Shown: piece by piece, positions 48,170 to 56,991 of the stretch
How the letters are laid out: each line of letters opens with the position of its first letter
Position numbering within the stretch: the stretch's first letter is position 1
Virus record (IMG/VR): IMGVR_UViG_3300030107_006644
Location: 62,001-126,000 of that record
Reading direction: 5' to 3' (one strand)
DNA length: 64,000 nt
The notes under the pieces: model-generated
What the model was told of the DNA's origin: nothing
Database searches by the model: none
What the model saw: only the letters and a program-made list of their open reading frames with translations
Made by a program: the position numbers and the translations under genes

Positions 48170-49023
48170 TGAATCTAATAGCACTAGGAGATACAGCAAC
48201 TAAAATAGCGGAGGCCTTTTTACAATACCCTCAGTACAAGGTGCGCACAATTAGTTCGTCGCAGAATACCAAGACGCCCCATTATAAGTTGTCTAGTTTT
48301 TCAACACCGGAAGAGTATGAGGAGCGTTGCCCCATGCAAGAGATAGGATTCTTTCTTGGAAACGTTGAAGCTGAAACAATCTTTGTTACATGCGGTGCAG
48401 ATTATGAGTCTGCGTGCTCTTTGCGTATCCTTGAGCAGGTGACCAAGGGATCCTCTGTAAAGGTTTTATATATTGAACCAGAGGTAGAGACTTTGCAGGA
48501 TACTGCAATCTTATTAGAGAGAAGTGTCCGGTCGGTTCTGCAGGAGTATGCTCGTTCCGGAGTGTTCAGTGAAATAGTGCTTGTCTCTGTGCCTCAAGCC
48601 CGCTTAGTACTCGGAGATGTGTCGATCTTGGAGTACGAACAAAAGCTAAATGAATTGGTGGCATCCACGATTCACATGATAAACGTTTTTAGGCATTCGG
48701 ATCCGATATACAATAGCCAACTTAAACATAAGGATGTTTCAAGGATCTCTACTATTGGCATGGCCTCGCTTAAAAATAATGAAGAAAGTTTGCTTTACCC
48801 CCTTGACAACGTGAAGGAAAAGAGATATATTTATTCTATATCCAAAGATTCGTTGGAGAACGACAACAAGCTTATGAGCAAGATAACAGAGCAGGTCAAA
48901 AATTCTGCAGAAAAAGATAAAATAAAAGCTGGATTTGAGGTATACTCATCAGAGTACGATGACAATTATGTGTACGTGGTAGCGCGTACATCTTTTATAC
49001 AAGAACAGTGGGAGAAAGCATGA
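48169..49023 (+). CDS. divergent tubulin/FtsZ-superfamily protein
   Basis: MNLIALGDTATKIAEAF (T1 loop-like), IFVTCG, VLYIEP, IVLVS, LNELVASTI follow the FtsZ fold order; GGGTG motif absent. Confidence 0.6.
   Translation: MNLIALGDTATKIAEAFLQYPQYKVRTISSSQNTKTPHYKLSSFSTPEEYEERCPMQEIGFFLGNVEAETIFVTCGADYESACSLRILEQVTKGSSVKVLYIEPEVETLQDTAILLERSVRSVLQEYARSGVFSEIVLVSVPQARLVLGDVSILEYEQKLNELVASTIHMINVFRHSDPIYNSQLKHKDVSRISTIGMASLKNNEESLLYPLDNVKEKRYIYSISKDSLENDNKLMSKITEQVKNSAEKDKIKAGFEVYSSEYDDNYVYVVARTSFIQEQWEKA
48803..48831 (+). promoter_or_regulatory. sigma70-like promoter (intragenic)
   Basis: TTGACA-17-TATATT upstream of 49020. Confidence 0.65.
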
Positions 49024-49274
49024 AAACATACACCGGCGTTTTTATAAAGAAGAACGGTGAAGAAAGAGAGATGAACTTCGTTAAGGTAGAAGACCTGCCA
49101 AGCGAGTTCTTGGAAACCAAGATTACTGGCAAGCGAAAGAAGGTCAACTTGTCGGAAGGTTTGGAGTTGGTTTGGGATCTGGAACATTCTGAGTTTCGAA
49201 TCTTTAACTGGAACACAGTAAGGGGGAATGTAGTTGAAAAAGATCTGGAAAACGATACAAGATTCTTGGTTTAG
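49020..49274 (+). CDS. WYL_2/DUF2693-like SH3-barrel protein
   Basis: FIKKNGEEREM...VWDLEHSEFRIFNW. Confidence 0.7.
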   Translation: MKTYTGVFIKKNGEEREMNFVKVEDLPSEFLETKITGKRKKVNLSEGLELVWDLEHSEFRIFNWNTVRGNVVEKDLENDTRFLV

Positions 49275-49563
49275 TCTTTGCTTTAAGATTGCATGGCTCA
49301 ACTGGACGAAGATACTAAAGGTATTGCTCGCCATCGTTCTTACGCTGGCGCTAGTTGCTGCTCTGTACTTTGGGTTCGACCAAACTTATAAGACAGGTTT
49401 TGATCGTGGCAGATCCGCAGGCCAGTGTGAGGTAGCTTGTGCTACATTCGGCGTCAGCTATGGTCAGGTCACGGATGAGGGAGACTGTTGGTGCAAGATT
49501 GCAGACGGAAATTATTGGTATCTTCCTTTATCAGAAAAGTTTGAAAAAGAGCTTGACAACTAA
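49234..49563 (+). CDS. membrane-anchored Cys-containing hypothetical protein
   Basis: TM helix followed by CxxxC...CWC. Confidence 0.55.
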   Translation: MKKIWKTIQDSWFSLCFKIAWLNWTKILKVLLAIVLTLALVAALYFGFDQTYKTGFDRGRSAGQCEVACATFGVSYGQVTDEGDCWCKIADGNYWYLPLSEKFEKELDN

Positions 49564-49581
49564 ACCAAAGTAGGATATATT
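49553..49581 (+). promoter_or_regulatory. sigma70-like promoter for SSB
   Basis: TTGACA-17-TATATT. Confidence 0.75.
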
Positions 49582-49661
49582 TATAGACAGTAGAGCGAAA
49601 TATTTGTCGTTCTAACTTTAGGCTAAACAGCCACAACCATTAAAACAAGGAGAAAATAATA

Positions 49662-50438
49662 ATGGCAATTGACATGAAGAAAATTCGAGCCCGCAAGGTG
49701 GCTCTTGAGAGTCGAGGAGGGGGGTCGTCTAACTTTTGGCGTCCGCAAGATGGCGAACAGACAATTCGTATCGTCCCGACTGCGGACGGAGATCCTTTTA
49801 AGGATTATTGGTTCCACTATAATGTTGGAAACAACTCGGGCTTTTTGAGTCCCAAGAAGAACTACGGAGAAGACGATCCTCTTGATGCGTTTGTCCGTAA
49901 GCTTTTCAATGAGGGCACGGAGGACAGCGTGAAGATGGCCAAGAGTCTTATGGCTCGCCAACGTTTCTTTGCTCCCGTTATTGTGCGGGGTGAGGAAGAT
50001 AAAGGTGTGCGAGTCTGGGGATTCGGCAAGACTGTGTACGAGCAGTTGATTAATCTCGTACTAAACCCAGAGTATGGAGACATCACAGATTCGGATACGG
50101 GTACGGATTTGGTTCTCCATTATGGCAAGCCCCCGGGCGCGTCATTTCCACTCACCAAGATCACTCCCCGGCGCCGCCCAAGTGTGTTATGCGATGAGGC
50201 CGTAGGAGGATCCGCTCGGTGTGCTGAGCTGTTGGAAAATATTCCAGACTTTACCAATCTGTTTGAGCGTAAGACTCCTGCAGAGGTCGGTGGATTGCTG
50301 GATGCTTTCCTGCTCGGGGATGACGGTGCGGAGGAAAACTCCACTGAGACCACTAAGTATGGTGGTACCACGGAGACTACTCCCCCGACTACGACGAGTA
50401 GCGTAGATCGTGCGTTCGATGAGCTAATGAGCGTTTAG
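49662..50438 (+). CDS. single-stranded DNA-binding protein (gp32-like)
   Basis: FWRPQDGEQTIRIVP, WFHY, VRVWGFGKTVYEQL, YGDITD..TG.D, acidic VDRAFDELM tail. Confidence 0.85.
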   Translation: MAIDMKKIRARKVALESRGGGSSNFWRPQDGEQTIRIVPTADGDPFKDYWFHYNVGNNSGFLSPKKNYGEDDPLDAFVRKLFNEGTEDSVKMAKSLMARQRFFAPVIVRGEEDKGVRVWGFGKTVYEQLINLVLNPEYGDITDSDTGTDLVLHYGKPPGASFPLTKITPRRRPSVLCDEAVGGSARCAELLENIPDFTNLFERKTPAEVGGLLDAFLLGDDGAEENSTETTKYGGTTETTPPTTTSSVDRAFDELMSV

Positions 50439-50455
50439 GGCTGCTGTCCCACAGG

Positions 50456-50489
50456 GAGGCACAGGGTTATCAGGTGCCTCACTTTTTTT
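50456..50489 (+). terminator. terminator/attenuator between SSB and RecA
   Basis: GAGGCAC...GTGCCTC followed by a T7 tract. Confidence 0.6.
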
Positions 50490-50505
50490 AACCAAAGAGG
50501 AATGA

Positions 50506-51618
50506 ATGGCTAGGACCAAAAATAAGGCCGGCAAACTTTCCATTGCCGATATGCGCTCGCTGATTAACAAGAAGGCGGGCCAAGTTGTAGCCCACAACTT
50601 AAACGAGGAGAATCCAACCGAAGTTGTTGACTGGATTCCGACTGGCTCTCGCTGGCTGGACTCCATTACATGTCGCGGCAGACTGGCTGGGATTCCCGTG
50701 GGTAAAATTGCTGAAATCGCAGGACTAGAAGCTACTGGTAAATCATATATGGCTGCACAAGTGGCGGCCAACGCACAGAAGATGGGTATTGACGTGGTGT
50801 ATTTTGATAGCGAGTCCGCTATTGACCCGTCGTTCCTTGAGCGCGCCGGCTGTAAACTAGATGAACTACTATATGTGCAGGCTTCTTCTGTAGAATTCGT
50901 ATTGGAAACCATTGAAGAACTGTTGGGCTCCAATGATAATCGCATGCTGTTTGTATGGGATTCGTTAGCCCTGACCCCATCGGTTTCCGATGTTGAGGGA
51001 GACTTCAACCCTCTCTCGTCCATGGCGGTTAAAGCCCGCATCTTGGCTAAGGGAATGTCTAAGCTCACAGTACCGATTGCGAACTCTCAGAGCACGTTCC
51101 TTGTACTCAACCAGCTTAAGACTAACATTACTCGTTCTCCATCTGAAGCTATGACAACGCCCTATATGACGCCGGGAGGAAAGGCTATGATTTATGCATA
51201 CTCCCTTCGAATCTGGCTCACCGGCCGAAAGGCCAAGGCTAGTTTCATTGTCGATGACAATGGTTATCGAATAGGTTCAGAGGTCAAGGTCAAACTAGAG
51301 AAATCGCGGTTTGGAACGCAAGGAAGGCAGTGCAACTTTAAGATCCTGTGGGGCGATGAAATCGGAGTACAGGATGAGGAGTCATGGTTCGATGCAATTG
51401 CAGGATCGTCCAGACTGCAGCGTTCGGGTGCATGGTATACCCTGTTGGACAAGGATGGCAAGCCTCTTGGCAGCAAATTCCAAGCAACCAAGTGGACGGA
51501 GAGGCTTCAGGATGAAACGTTTCGCAAGACCGTGCTGGATATTATGGACGAAGAGGTGATCTTAAAGTTCGATCAGAGAGTTGGGCCTGCAGAAGAATTT
51601 TACGGAGACGTTGAATAA
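50506..51618 (+). CDS. recA: RecA/UvsX recombinase
   Basis: IPTGSRWLD, GLEATGKS, YFDSESA, WDS, NQL, TPGGKA. Confidence 0.95.
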   Translation: MARTKNKAGKLSIADMRSLINKKAGQVVAHNLNEENPTEVVDWIPTGSRWLDSITCRGRLAGIPVGKIAEIAGLEATGKSYMAAQVAANAQKMGIDVVYFDSESAIDPSFLERAGCKLDELLYVQASSVEFVLETIEELLGSNDNRMLFVWDSLALTPSVSDVEGDFNPLSSMAVKARILAKGMSKLTVPIANSQSTFLVLNQLKTNITRSPSEAMTTPYMTPGGKAMIYAYSLRIWLTGRKAKASFIVDDNGYRIGSEVKVKLEKSRFGTQGRQCNFKILWGDEIGVQDEESWFDAIAGSSRLQRSGAWYTLLDKDGKPLGSKFQATKWTERLQDETFRKTVLDIMDEEVILKFDQRVGPAEEFYGDVE

Positions 51619-51669
51619 ACCTGCTTCTTATTCGTCTAATATTATAAGAAGCACCAAAGGAGAACCAAA

Positions 51670-51969
51670 ATGACTTCGTTACTAGCAAGCCTGCTGTTAT
51701 CTACATCAATAAATATAGCCGAGGCTCATCCAAATCGCCACAGGCATCACGCACATCGGCCACACCGGCCCGCTGTACATCGCCCGGTCCAGACCGCCCC
51801 GGTTAGGCCACCTCGTGCAGCAGTCAATCATCGTGTCACGCAACGTCATGGCCATTGGGTATATCCTCACAGTAACCCAGCCTTTATTTGGCGCTACACT
51901 CCCGGCCACTACACTCGCCGAGGAGCTTGGGTACCCGGGCACTGGCGCGTTGTGATTCGATTGCGTTAA
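51670..51969 (+). CDS. secreted His/Arg/Pro-rich protein with WXXGXW repeats
   Basis: AAGGAG RBS, signal peptide ending AEA, YTPGHY and WVPGHW. Confidence 0.7.
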   Translation: MTSLLASLLLSTSINIAEAHPNRHRHHAHRPHRPAVHRPVQTAPVRPPRAAVNHRVTQRHGHWVYPHSNPAFIWRYTPGHYTRRGAWVPGHWRVVIRLR

Positions 51970-51977
51970 AAAACCAC

Positions 51978-52006
51978 TTGACTTTAGGGCCTCTACATGC
52001 TATTGT
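51978..52006 (+). promoter_or_regulatory. sigma70-like promoter
   Basis: TTGACT-17-TATTGT with TG extension. Confidence 0.6.
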
Positions 52007-52028
52007 ATAGTGTGTGGAGGTTTTTATT

Positions 52029-52988
52029 ATGAAAAGAGTACTGATTATCGATGCCCTTAATATGTATTTTAGGGCTTACATTGTAGATCCAAGTTTGTCG
52101 ACTAACGGACAGCCGATTGGCGGCGTCAAGGGTTTTCTCAAGATACTGCAGAAGCAGATTAGAGAAAGCAAGCCCGATGAGGTTGTCATCTGCTGGGATG
52201 GCGAAGGTGGAAGCCAACGTCGGAAGAGTCAAGACAAGGGTTACAAGCAGGGTCGCAAACCAATTCGTCTCAACCGGGACATACGCAACTTGTCCGAGGT
52301 TGAAGAAATGGAAAACAAGGTTTGGCAGCAAACACAATTGTTTGAATACTTAAACCAACTACCAGTGATCCAAACAATGCTTCCAGCGGTTGAGGCCGAC
52401 GATGTTATCTCGTTTGTGACCCAATACCACAAGTATGATGACTGGCAAAAGGTTATTGTCTCCTCAGATAAGGATTTCTTTCAGCTTTGCGATGAGCACA
52501 CCGTATTATATCGGCCCATCCAGAAGCAGGTGCTAAATTCGAAGAGGATTACGGAGGATTTTGGCATCCATCCAGTTAATTTTGCTTTGGCTAGAGCTAT
52601 TGTGGGTGATCGTAGCGACAACCTTCCCGGCATTGCAGGTATTGGCTTGTCTACCGTTTCTAAACGCTTGCCGTTTTTAATTGAGGGCAAGTCCTACACT
52701 ATTGATGAGGTTATAGAGTACTGCGAGAACACTGATGCTAAAATTAAAGCTTATGGGACAATTGTAGAGCAACGAGAAGTGATCGAACACAACTATAAGA
52801 TGATGCAACTGTATGCTCCGTCGATTAGCGTGCAAGGCAAGCAAAAAGTGCGCCACGCTCTCGATAACTTTGTTCCAGAACTTAACCAGACTGAGTTCAA
52901 GAAGATGATGGTTAACGATGGCTTCGGAGTGGTCGACTTCTCAGATTTATTTGCATCCATGAAAAGAATTGTGGCCAACAACGCTTAG
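52029..52988 (+). CDS. 5'-3' exonuclease/flap endonuclease (T4 RNase H-like)
   Basis: LIIDALN, WDG, YKQGR, EADDVI, SSDKDFFQL, GDRSDNLPGIAGIG. Confidence 0.94.
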   Translation: MKRVLIIDALNMYFRAYIVDPSLSTNGQPIGGVKGFLKILQKQIRESKPDEVVICWDGEGGSQRRKSQDKGYKQGRKPIRLNRDIRNLSEVEEMENKVWQQTQLFEYLNQLPVIQTMLPAVEADDVISFVTQYHKYDDWQKVIVSSDKDFFQLCDEHTVLYRPIQKQVLNSKRITEDFGIHPVNFALARAIVGDRSDNLPGIAGIGLSTVSKRLPFLIEGKSYTIDEVIEYCENTDAKIKAYGTIVEQREVIEHNYKMMQLYAPSISVQGKQKVRHALDNFVPELNQTEFKKMMVNDGFGVVDFSDLFASMKRIVANNA

Positions 52989-53008
52989 AAATAACTATTT
53001 ATTATGCT

Positions 53009-55645
53009 ATGCCGATTTATCATGATAAGTGGCGCCAATTTCTGAAAGAAGAGGAAGAGTTTCAGAAGAACGTAGTGCGCCCCCGACTTAAACGAAACCG
53101 CTCTGCCCTCATAGACTCTGGACCCCATAATCACAATGGAGGTGGCGAATCCGGCGCCAAACCTAAGCCTCGCGGAGACTTGCCGCACGATGCTGGTCCA
53201 CTAAAAGAAGGGTTACAGCCTCAGCCTCGTTTGTTGCGCGAGATATCCGAAGACGAGGTGGAGCATATCCGCACAGCCATTGATGAAATGGGTCCAGAAG
53301 AACTCGCCTTCAATGATGCATTCGAAGGTAAGACGCGCAAGGTTATTGATTTTGCAGCCATTGACGTGGACTCTGAGCTTGGAAAGTTCATGGAGTTCTT
53401 TAGAAAGCAGGAGTACGAAGTAGATTGGAAGCGCGGGCTCGTCACAGCACTGCGAGATGTAACAACTTCGGAAGACTTAATAGATCAGCTTTTCGGACCC
53501 GGCCAGCCACCCAAAAAGAAGTACAAGAAAATTCAGATGAAGATCGGCAAGCTGTTTCCGAAGATAGCAGAAGTAGGAAAGAATCAGGCCGTACTCTTTA
53601 AGAAGGTCGTGGAACATGCCAAAATCCATCACGCGAATCGCATACCAAACCATCCGGGTAATGTCAGCGACCACCAATTGAAACAAGCACTGCCAGACGA
53701 AGAAGAATACAAGAGATACCAACAATTGTATCAACAAATGAGATTGTATGTGCCGAACTCCGGCTATTTTCAGCCGTCATGGTGGGAGGTTCCAGATTGG
53801 GCAACTAAGATGTCTAAGTATTGGCAAGAGAATGCAGCATACATTAAAGATGAGATCGATGAACTAAAAGGAGACCAGTACTCCATTATCCTCACGCGAG
53901 ATCCGATTGACATCCTTCGCATGAGCGATTTTAATAACATCACCTCCTGCCACACTCCGCCATCCAGAGGCGGGGGCGACACCTACTATAAGTGCGCAGT
54001 TGCTGAAGCTCACGGCCACGGAGCTATTGCATATGTTGTTGAAACACAAGAGCTATTAGAGGCTACTGAGACCGACACAATTGAGGCTGCTGAAGCTGTC
54101 ATCGAGCAGCTTGGAGGAGAGATCTTTCCAGACGATGTTAGGGGAAGCCATGTCGGACTCAGCACGGAGTTGAATCCAGTCTCTAGGCTACGTCTCAGAA
54201 AGTTTGTGTATGACACTCCAGATCCAGAGGGTGGTTACGATATCGGCACACAGCTAGCGGTACCGGAGAAGCGTGTGTACGGAAAGAAGATTCCCGGCTT
54301 CGTTGAGCGTGTAGTTCAGTGGGCGAGAGATAATCAGGAAGAGGCTCTTCAGAACATGCCAGTGGATGCATACGGTGATGGCATCGATTTAGGCAAGTTT
54401 AATATTGTGGGTGCTTCCTATGAAGATACTCAAGGCTATTCCGGCCGCCGGGCTCTTATGGTGCAACTAACTGGCCGGCCAAACGAAGACTTTGATGGCC
54501 AGATCGAGCAAGATGCAAGCGCGGAACATGACTTAGACACCTCTATGTTTACCGCTGGCCAAATTGAAGATGCCCAACTCCGCGCCGATGAGATAGCTGA
54601 AGACTGGAACCGTCGCTACCAAGCTGCGGAAATTCAGGCAACTGCTGAAGACGACGATGGCCAAGTCATCATCATGCTCAGAGCATATATGAAGGTTGAC
54701 TGGGGCGAAGAAGAGTGGAACAAGCTTCCGCTTCCAAGCACTGCGCGCTGGGCAGTCTCGGAGCTTAACGACTTGGGTTGGTCTTGGGCCGATGAAGGCA
54801 CGGCTTGGCTTAGGCGGGACACGCACAGACAAACAATATCTTTGGGCTTCCGTATCAACCCCGAGCATATACCAGAGTGGACCGGCATGCCGTTCACTGC
54901 AGACCCAGAAGAGATCGAAGACTTTGGCGTAGCCGTCAACGCTATTGATGACATGTACGACGGAATTAAACATTACCTCACCAGACACTACAAACTCCAA
55001 GGCATTATGGCCGGCGGTGCATTTTTAAACATGGCCATGGAGATCTCAAACAATGATATTGATCCATATGAGTGGACGCTTGAACTTGATGACCGGTGGG
55101 ATCCGGAGGAAGCTAACATTGCAATAGGTCAAGTAGAGTTCTTCTTTGATGCCGAGGAGCTTCAGTGGAACCCACAAGTTCTACAGCAGGTGCTAGACTC
55201 CCACGATTTTAGAACTGCGATTCGGAACAAAATGTTGGCAGATGCCAAAGAAGAGGTCGGAACACAGTACAACGTAGACATTTGGACGCAGGGGACGGGG
55301 GCTTTGATAGTTGATAATGGCGTAAACTACGAATTTGCACTTGTTGTTAGCAATGAGGATCCGGATGAAGTGATCGAATTGTTTCAGACAGCAGTCTGGC
55401 AACCCGGTACTGTCGATGACGAAGATAAGCTTCGCGAAATCTTTTTGGGAACACTGGAAACGATGCAGAGAGCGCGGATGCCATCTGGTATGAGAGATCC
55501 AGAGCCTATCGAACAATCTGGTCCCGACCAGCCAGATCCGCCGCCGGCCCAAAATTCTGAAGATGAGAATCTACCAAGCAGTAGATTAGATGAGAGTAGA
55601 AATATGCATAGGATGTACAAGAAATGGAGAAGCTTTATAAAATGA
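53009..55645 (+). CDS. large acidic hypothetical protein with leader-like motifs at both ends
   Basis: Late motif at 52994; N-terminal DKWRQFLKE, C-terminal KKWRSFIK; central DILRMSDF..ITSCH. Confidence 0.75.
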   Translation: MPIYHDKWRQFLKEEEEFQKNVVRPRLKRNRSALIDSGPHNHNGGGESGAKPKPRGDLPHDAGPLKEGLQPQPRLLREISEDEVEHIRTAIDEMGPEELAFNDAFEGKTRKVIDFAAIDVDSELGKFMEFFRKQEYEVDWKRGLVTALRDVTTSEDLIDQLFGPGQPPKKKYKKIQMKIGKLFPKIAEVGKNQAVLFKKVVEHAKIHHANRIPNHPGNVSDHQLKQALPDEEEYKRYQQLYQQMRLYVPNSGYFQPSWWEVPDWATKMSKYWQENAAYIKDEIDELKGDQYSIILTRDPIDILRMSDFNNITSCHTPPSRGGGDTYYKCAVAEAHGHGAIAYVVETQELLEATETDTIEAAEAVIEQLGGEIFPDDVRGSHVGLSTELNPVSRLRLRKFVYDTPDPEGGYDIGTQLAVPEKRVYGKKIPGFVERVVQWARDNQEEALQNMPVDAYGDGIDLGKFNIVGASYEDTQGYSGRRALMVQLTGRPNEDFDGQIEQDASAEHDLDTSMFTAGQIEDAQLRADEIAEDWNRRYQAAEIQATAEDDDGQVIIMLRAYMKVDWGEEEWNKLPLPSTARWAVSELNDLGWSWADEGTAWLRRDTHRQTISLGFRINPEHIPEWTGMPFTADPEEIEDFGVAVNAIDDMYDGIKHYLTRHYKLQGIMAGGAFLNMAMEISNNDIDPYEWTLELDDRWDPEEANIAIGQVEFFFDAEELQWNPQVLQQVLDSHDFRTAIRNKMLADAKEEVGTQYNVDIWTQGTGALIVDNGVNYEFALVVSNEDPDEVIELFQTAVWQPGTVDDEDKLREIFLGTLETMQRARMPSGMRDPEPIEQSGPDQPDPPPAQNSEDENLPSSRLDESRNMHRMYKKWRSFIK

Positions 55646-55824
55646 ACTATAAGTTGTGGCTAATTGTTTTGCTTTTGCTATTGGCGTGCGCACCAAAGAA
55701 AGAGGTGCGCGTACCTGAGCAGACACCGGTTGAGTTTATTCGATACGAAGAGATAGACTTTCCGGACGACGAAGAGTTGGAAGACTTGCCTGAAGCCGGC
55801 GAGGAAACAGAGGACGAAGAATAA
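55642..55824 (+). CDS. small lipoprotein with acidic tail
   Basis: ATGA overlap; lipobox LLAC after a hydrophobic stretch. Confidence 0.65.
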   Translation: MNYKLWLIVLLLLLACAPKKEVRVPEQTPVEFIRYEEIDFPDDEELEDLPEAGEETEDEE

Positions 55825-55825
55825 G

Positions 55826-56266
55826 ATGGAACTTATATCGACACACATATGCAAAGGCCAGAACATTGGCGTGCATGGAAATCTTTTTGGAGGCGTTATG
55901 CTATCGTGGCTGGATGAGGCCGGCGCAGCATACGCATGTCAGGTTTGCGATACCCCGCGAATGGTGACTGTGAAGATGGCAGAGACTGTATTTAATAGAC
56001 CAGTGCGGCCGGGACAATTAATCAAAGTGTATGGCGAGGTGTTGGAGATAGGCAACTCCTCATGCAAAGTTAAACTTCAGGCTAGAAGACACAGCGTGTA
56101 CAACGGCACGCAGAAGCCGGTATGCCAGACTGAATTAACTTACGTCAGAATCGATGGCGATGGTGAGGCGATACCGATCAGCAAAAAGGTTAAAGACGCT
56201 TATCGCCGAAAACTTGAGGAAGAGGAAGACGATTCAGAACTGTATGAGATTCACGGAGGAGATTAG
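55826..56266 (+). CDS. hotdog-fold acyl-CoA thioesterase (YciA-like)
   Basis: HGNLFGGVMLSWLDEAG, MVTV, F.RPV..G, GNSS, YVRID. Confidence 0.9.
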   Translation: MELISTHICKGQNIGVHGNLFGGVMLSWLDEAGAAYACQVCDTPRMVTVKMAETVFNRPVRPGQLIKVYGEVLEIGNSSCKVKLQARRHSVYNGTQKPVCQTELTYVRIDGDGEAIPISKKVKDAYRRKLEEEEDDSELYEIHGGD

Positions 56267-56353
56267 AAAATCTGAGATCCAAAACGGATCGAAAATGTCG
56301 AAATTCCAAAATTTCGTCGCAAGCAATTTTTCCAGATTTTCACTTTTAGTTAT

Positions 56354-56776
56354 ATGAAGCTTTTGTTAGAAAAATGGCGCAGATTCTTATTTGAAGAAAG
56401 AGAGGAAGATATGGACAGCAAGAAAATAGCGAAAATTGTCTTATATGACGGAAACAAGGTTCTATTATTAAGGAGATCGAGACATTTAAAGAAGTATCCC
56501 GGAGAATGGGATCTGCCCGGCGGCCACTTAATTGTTGGAGAAGAAGTTACAGACGGCCTCCAGAGAGAGGTTTGGGAAGAGACTGGCTTAACGATTAGAA
56601 GCCCAGAAAAGGTGTATTCCCAGAGTAGATACACCTATTTTAAGGCGCCTATGCCAACTGGTGGAATTAAACTTAGTCAGGAACACACCGAGCACGAAAT
56701 GGTAGATATGGCAAACTTGTCTAATTATGAACTACCGGAAAAATACCGAACTGCAGTGGAGAGGGCTATGAAGTGA
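56354..56776 (+). CDS. Nudix hydrolase with shared leader
   Basis: WDLPGGHLIVGEEVTDGLQREVWEETGL Nudix box; LSQEH. Confidence 0.93.
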   Translation: MKLLLEKWRRFLFEEREEDMDSKKIAKIVLYDGNKVLLLRRSRHLKKYPGEWDLPGGHLIVGEEVTDGLQREVWEETGLTIRSPEKVYSQSRYTYFKAPMPTGGIKLSQEHTEHEMVDMANLSNYELPEKYRTAVERAMK

Positions 56777-56991
56777 GAAATTTGATTAGAAAATCGCAAC
56801 AGCATATTGGCTCGCGAAATGAAACTTACTTTCAACATATGAAAGCGGCATGGAAGATTATTTACCTGCTAAAGACCCTAGAGCTAAAATGTTTCATACA
56901 TTCCTTTATTCCGGGACTATTTACAGATGCAGTATCTGAAAAGATTGAGTGTTTGCAAAAAATGGCAAGCAGAAACAAGGAGCAGCAATGA
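56773..56991 (+). CDS. DUF6356-like small protein
   Basis: ETYFQHM...IHSFIPGLF. Confidence 0.6.
   Translation: MRNLIRKSQQHIGSRNETYFQHMKAAWKIIYLLKTLELKCFIHSFIPGLFTDAVSEKIECLQKMASRNKEQQ

Noticed and set aside
56266-56341. tRNA gene
   Set aside because: It is structured but lacks the T-loop GTTCRA, D-loop GG and a proper acceptor stem. No tRNA was recognised anywhere in the window.
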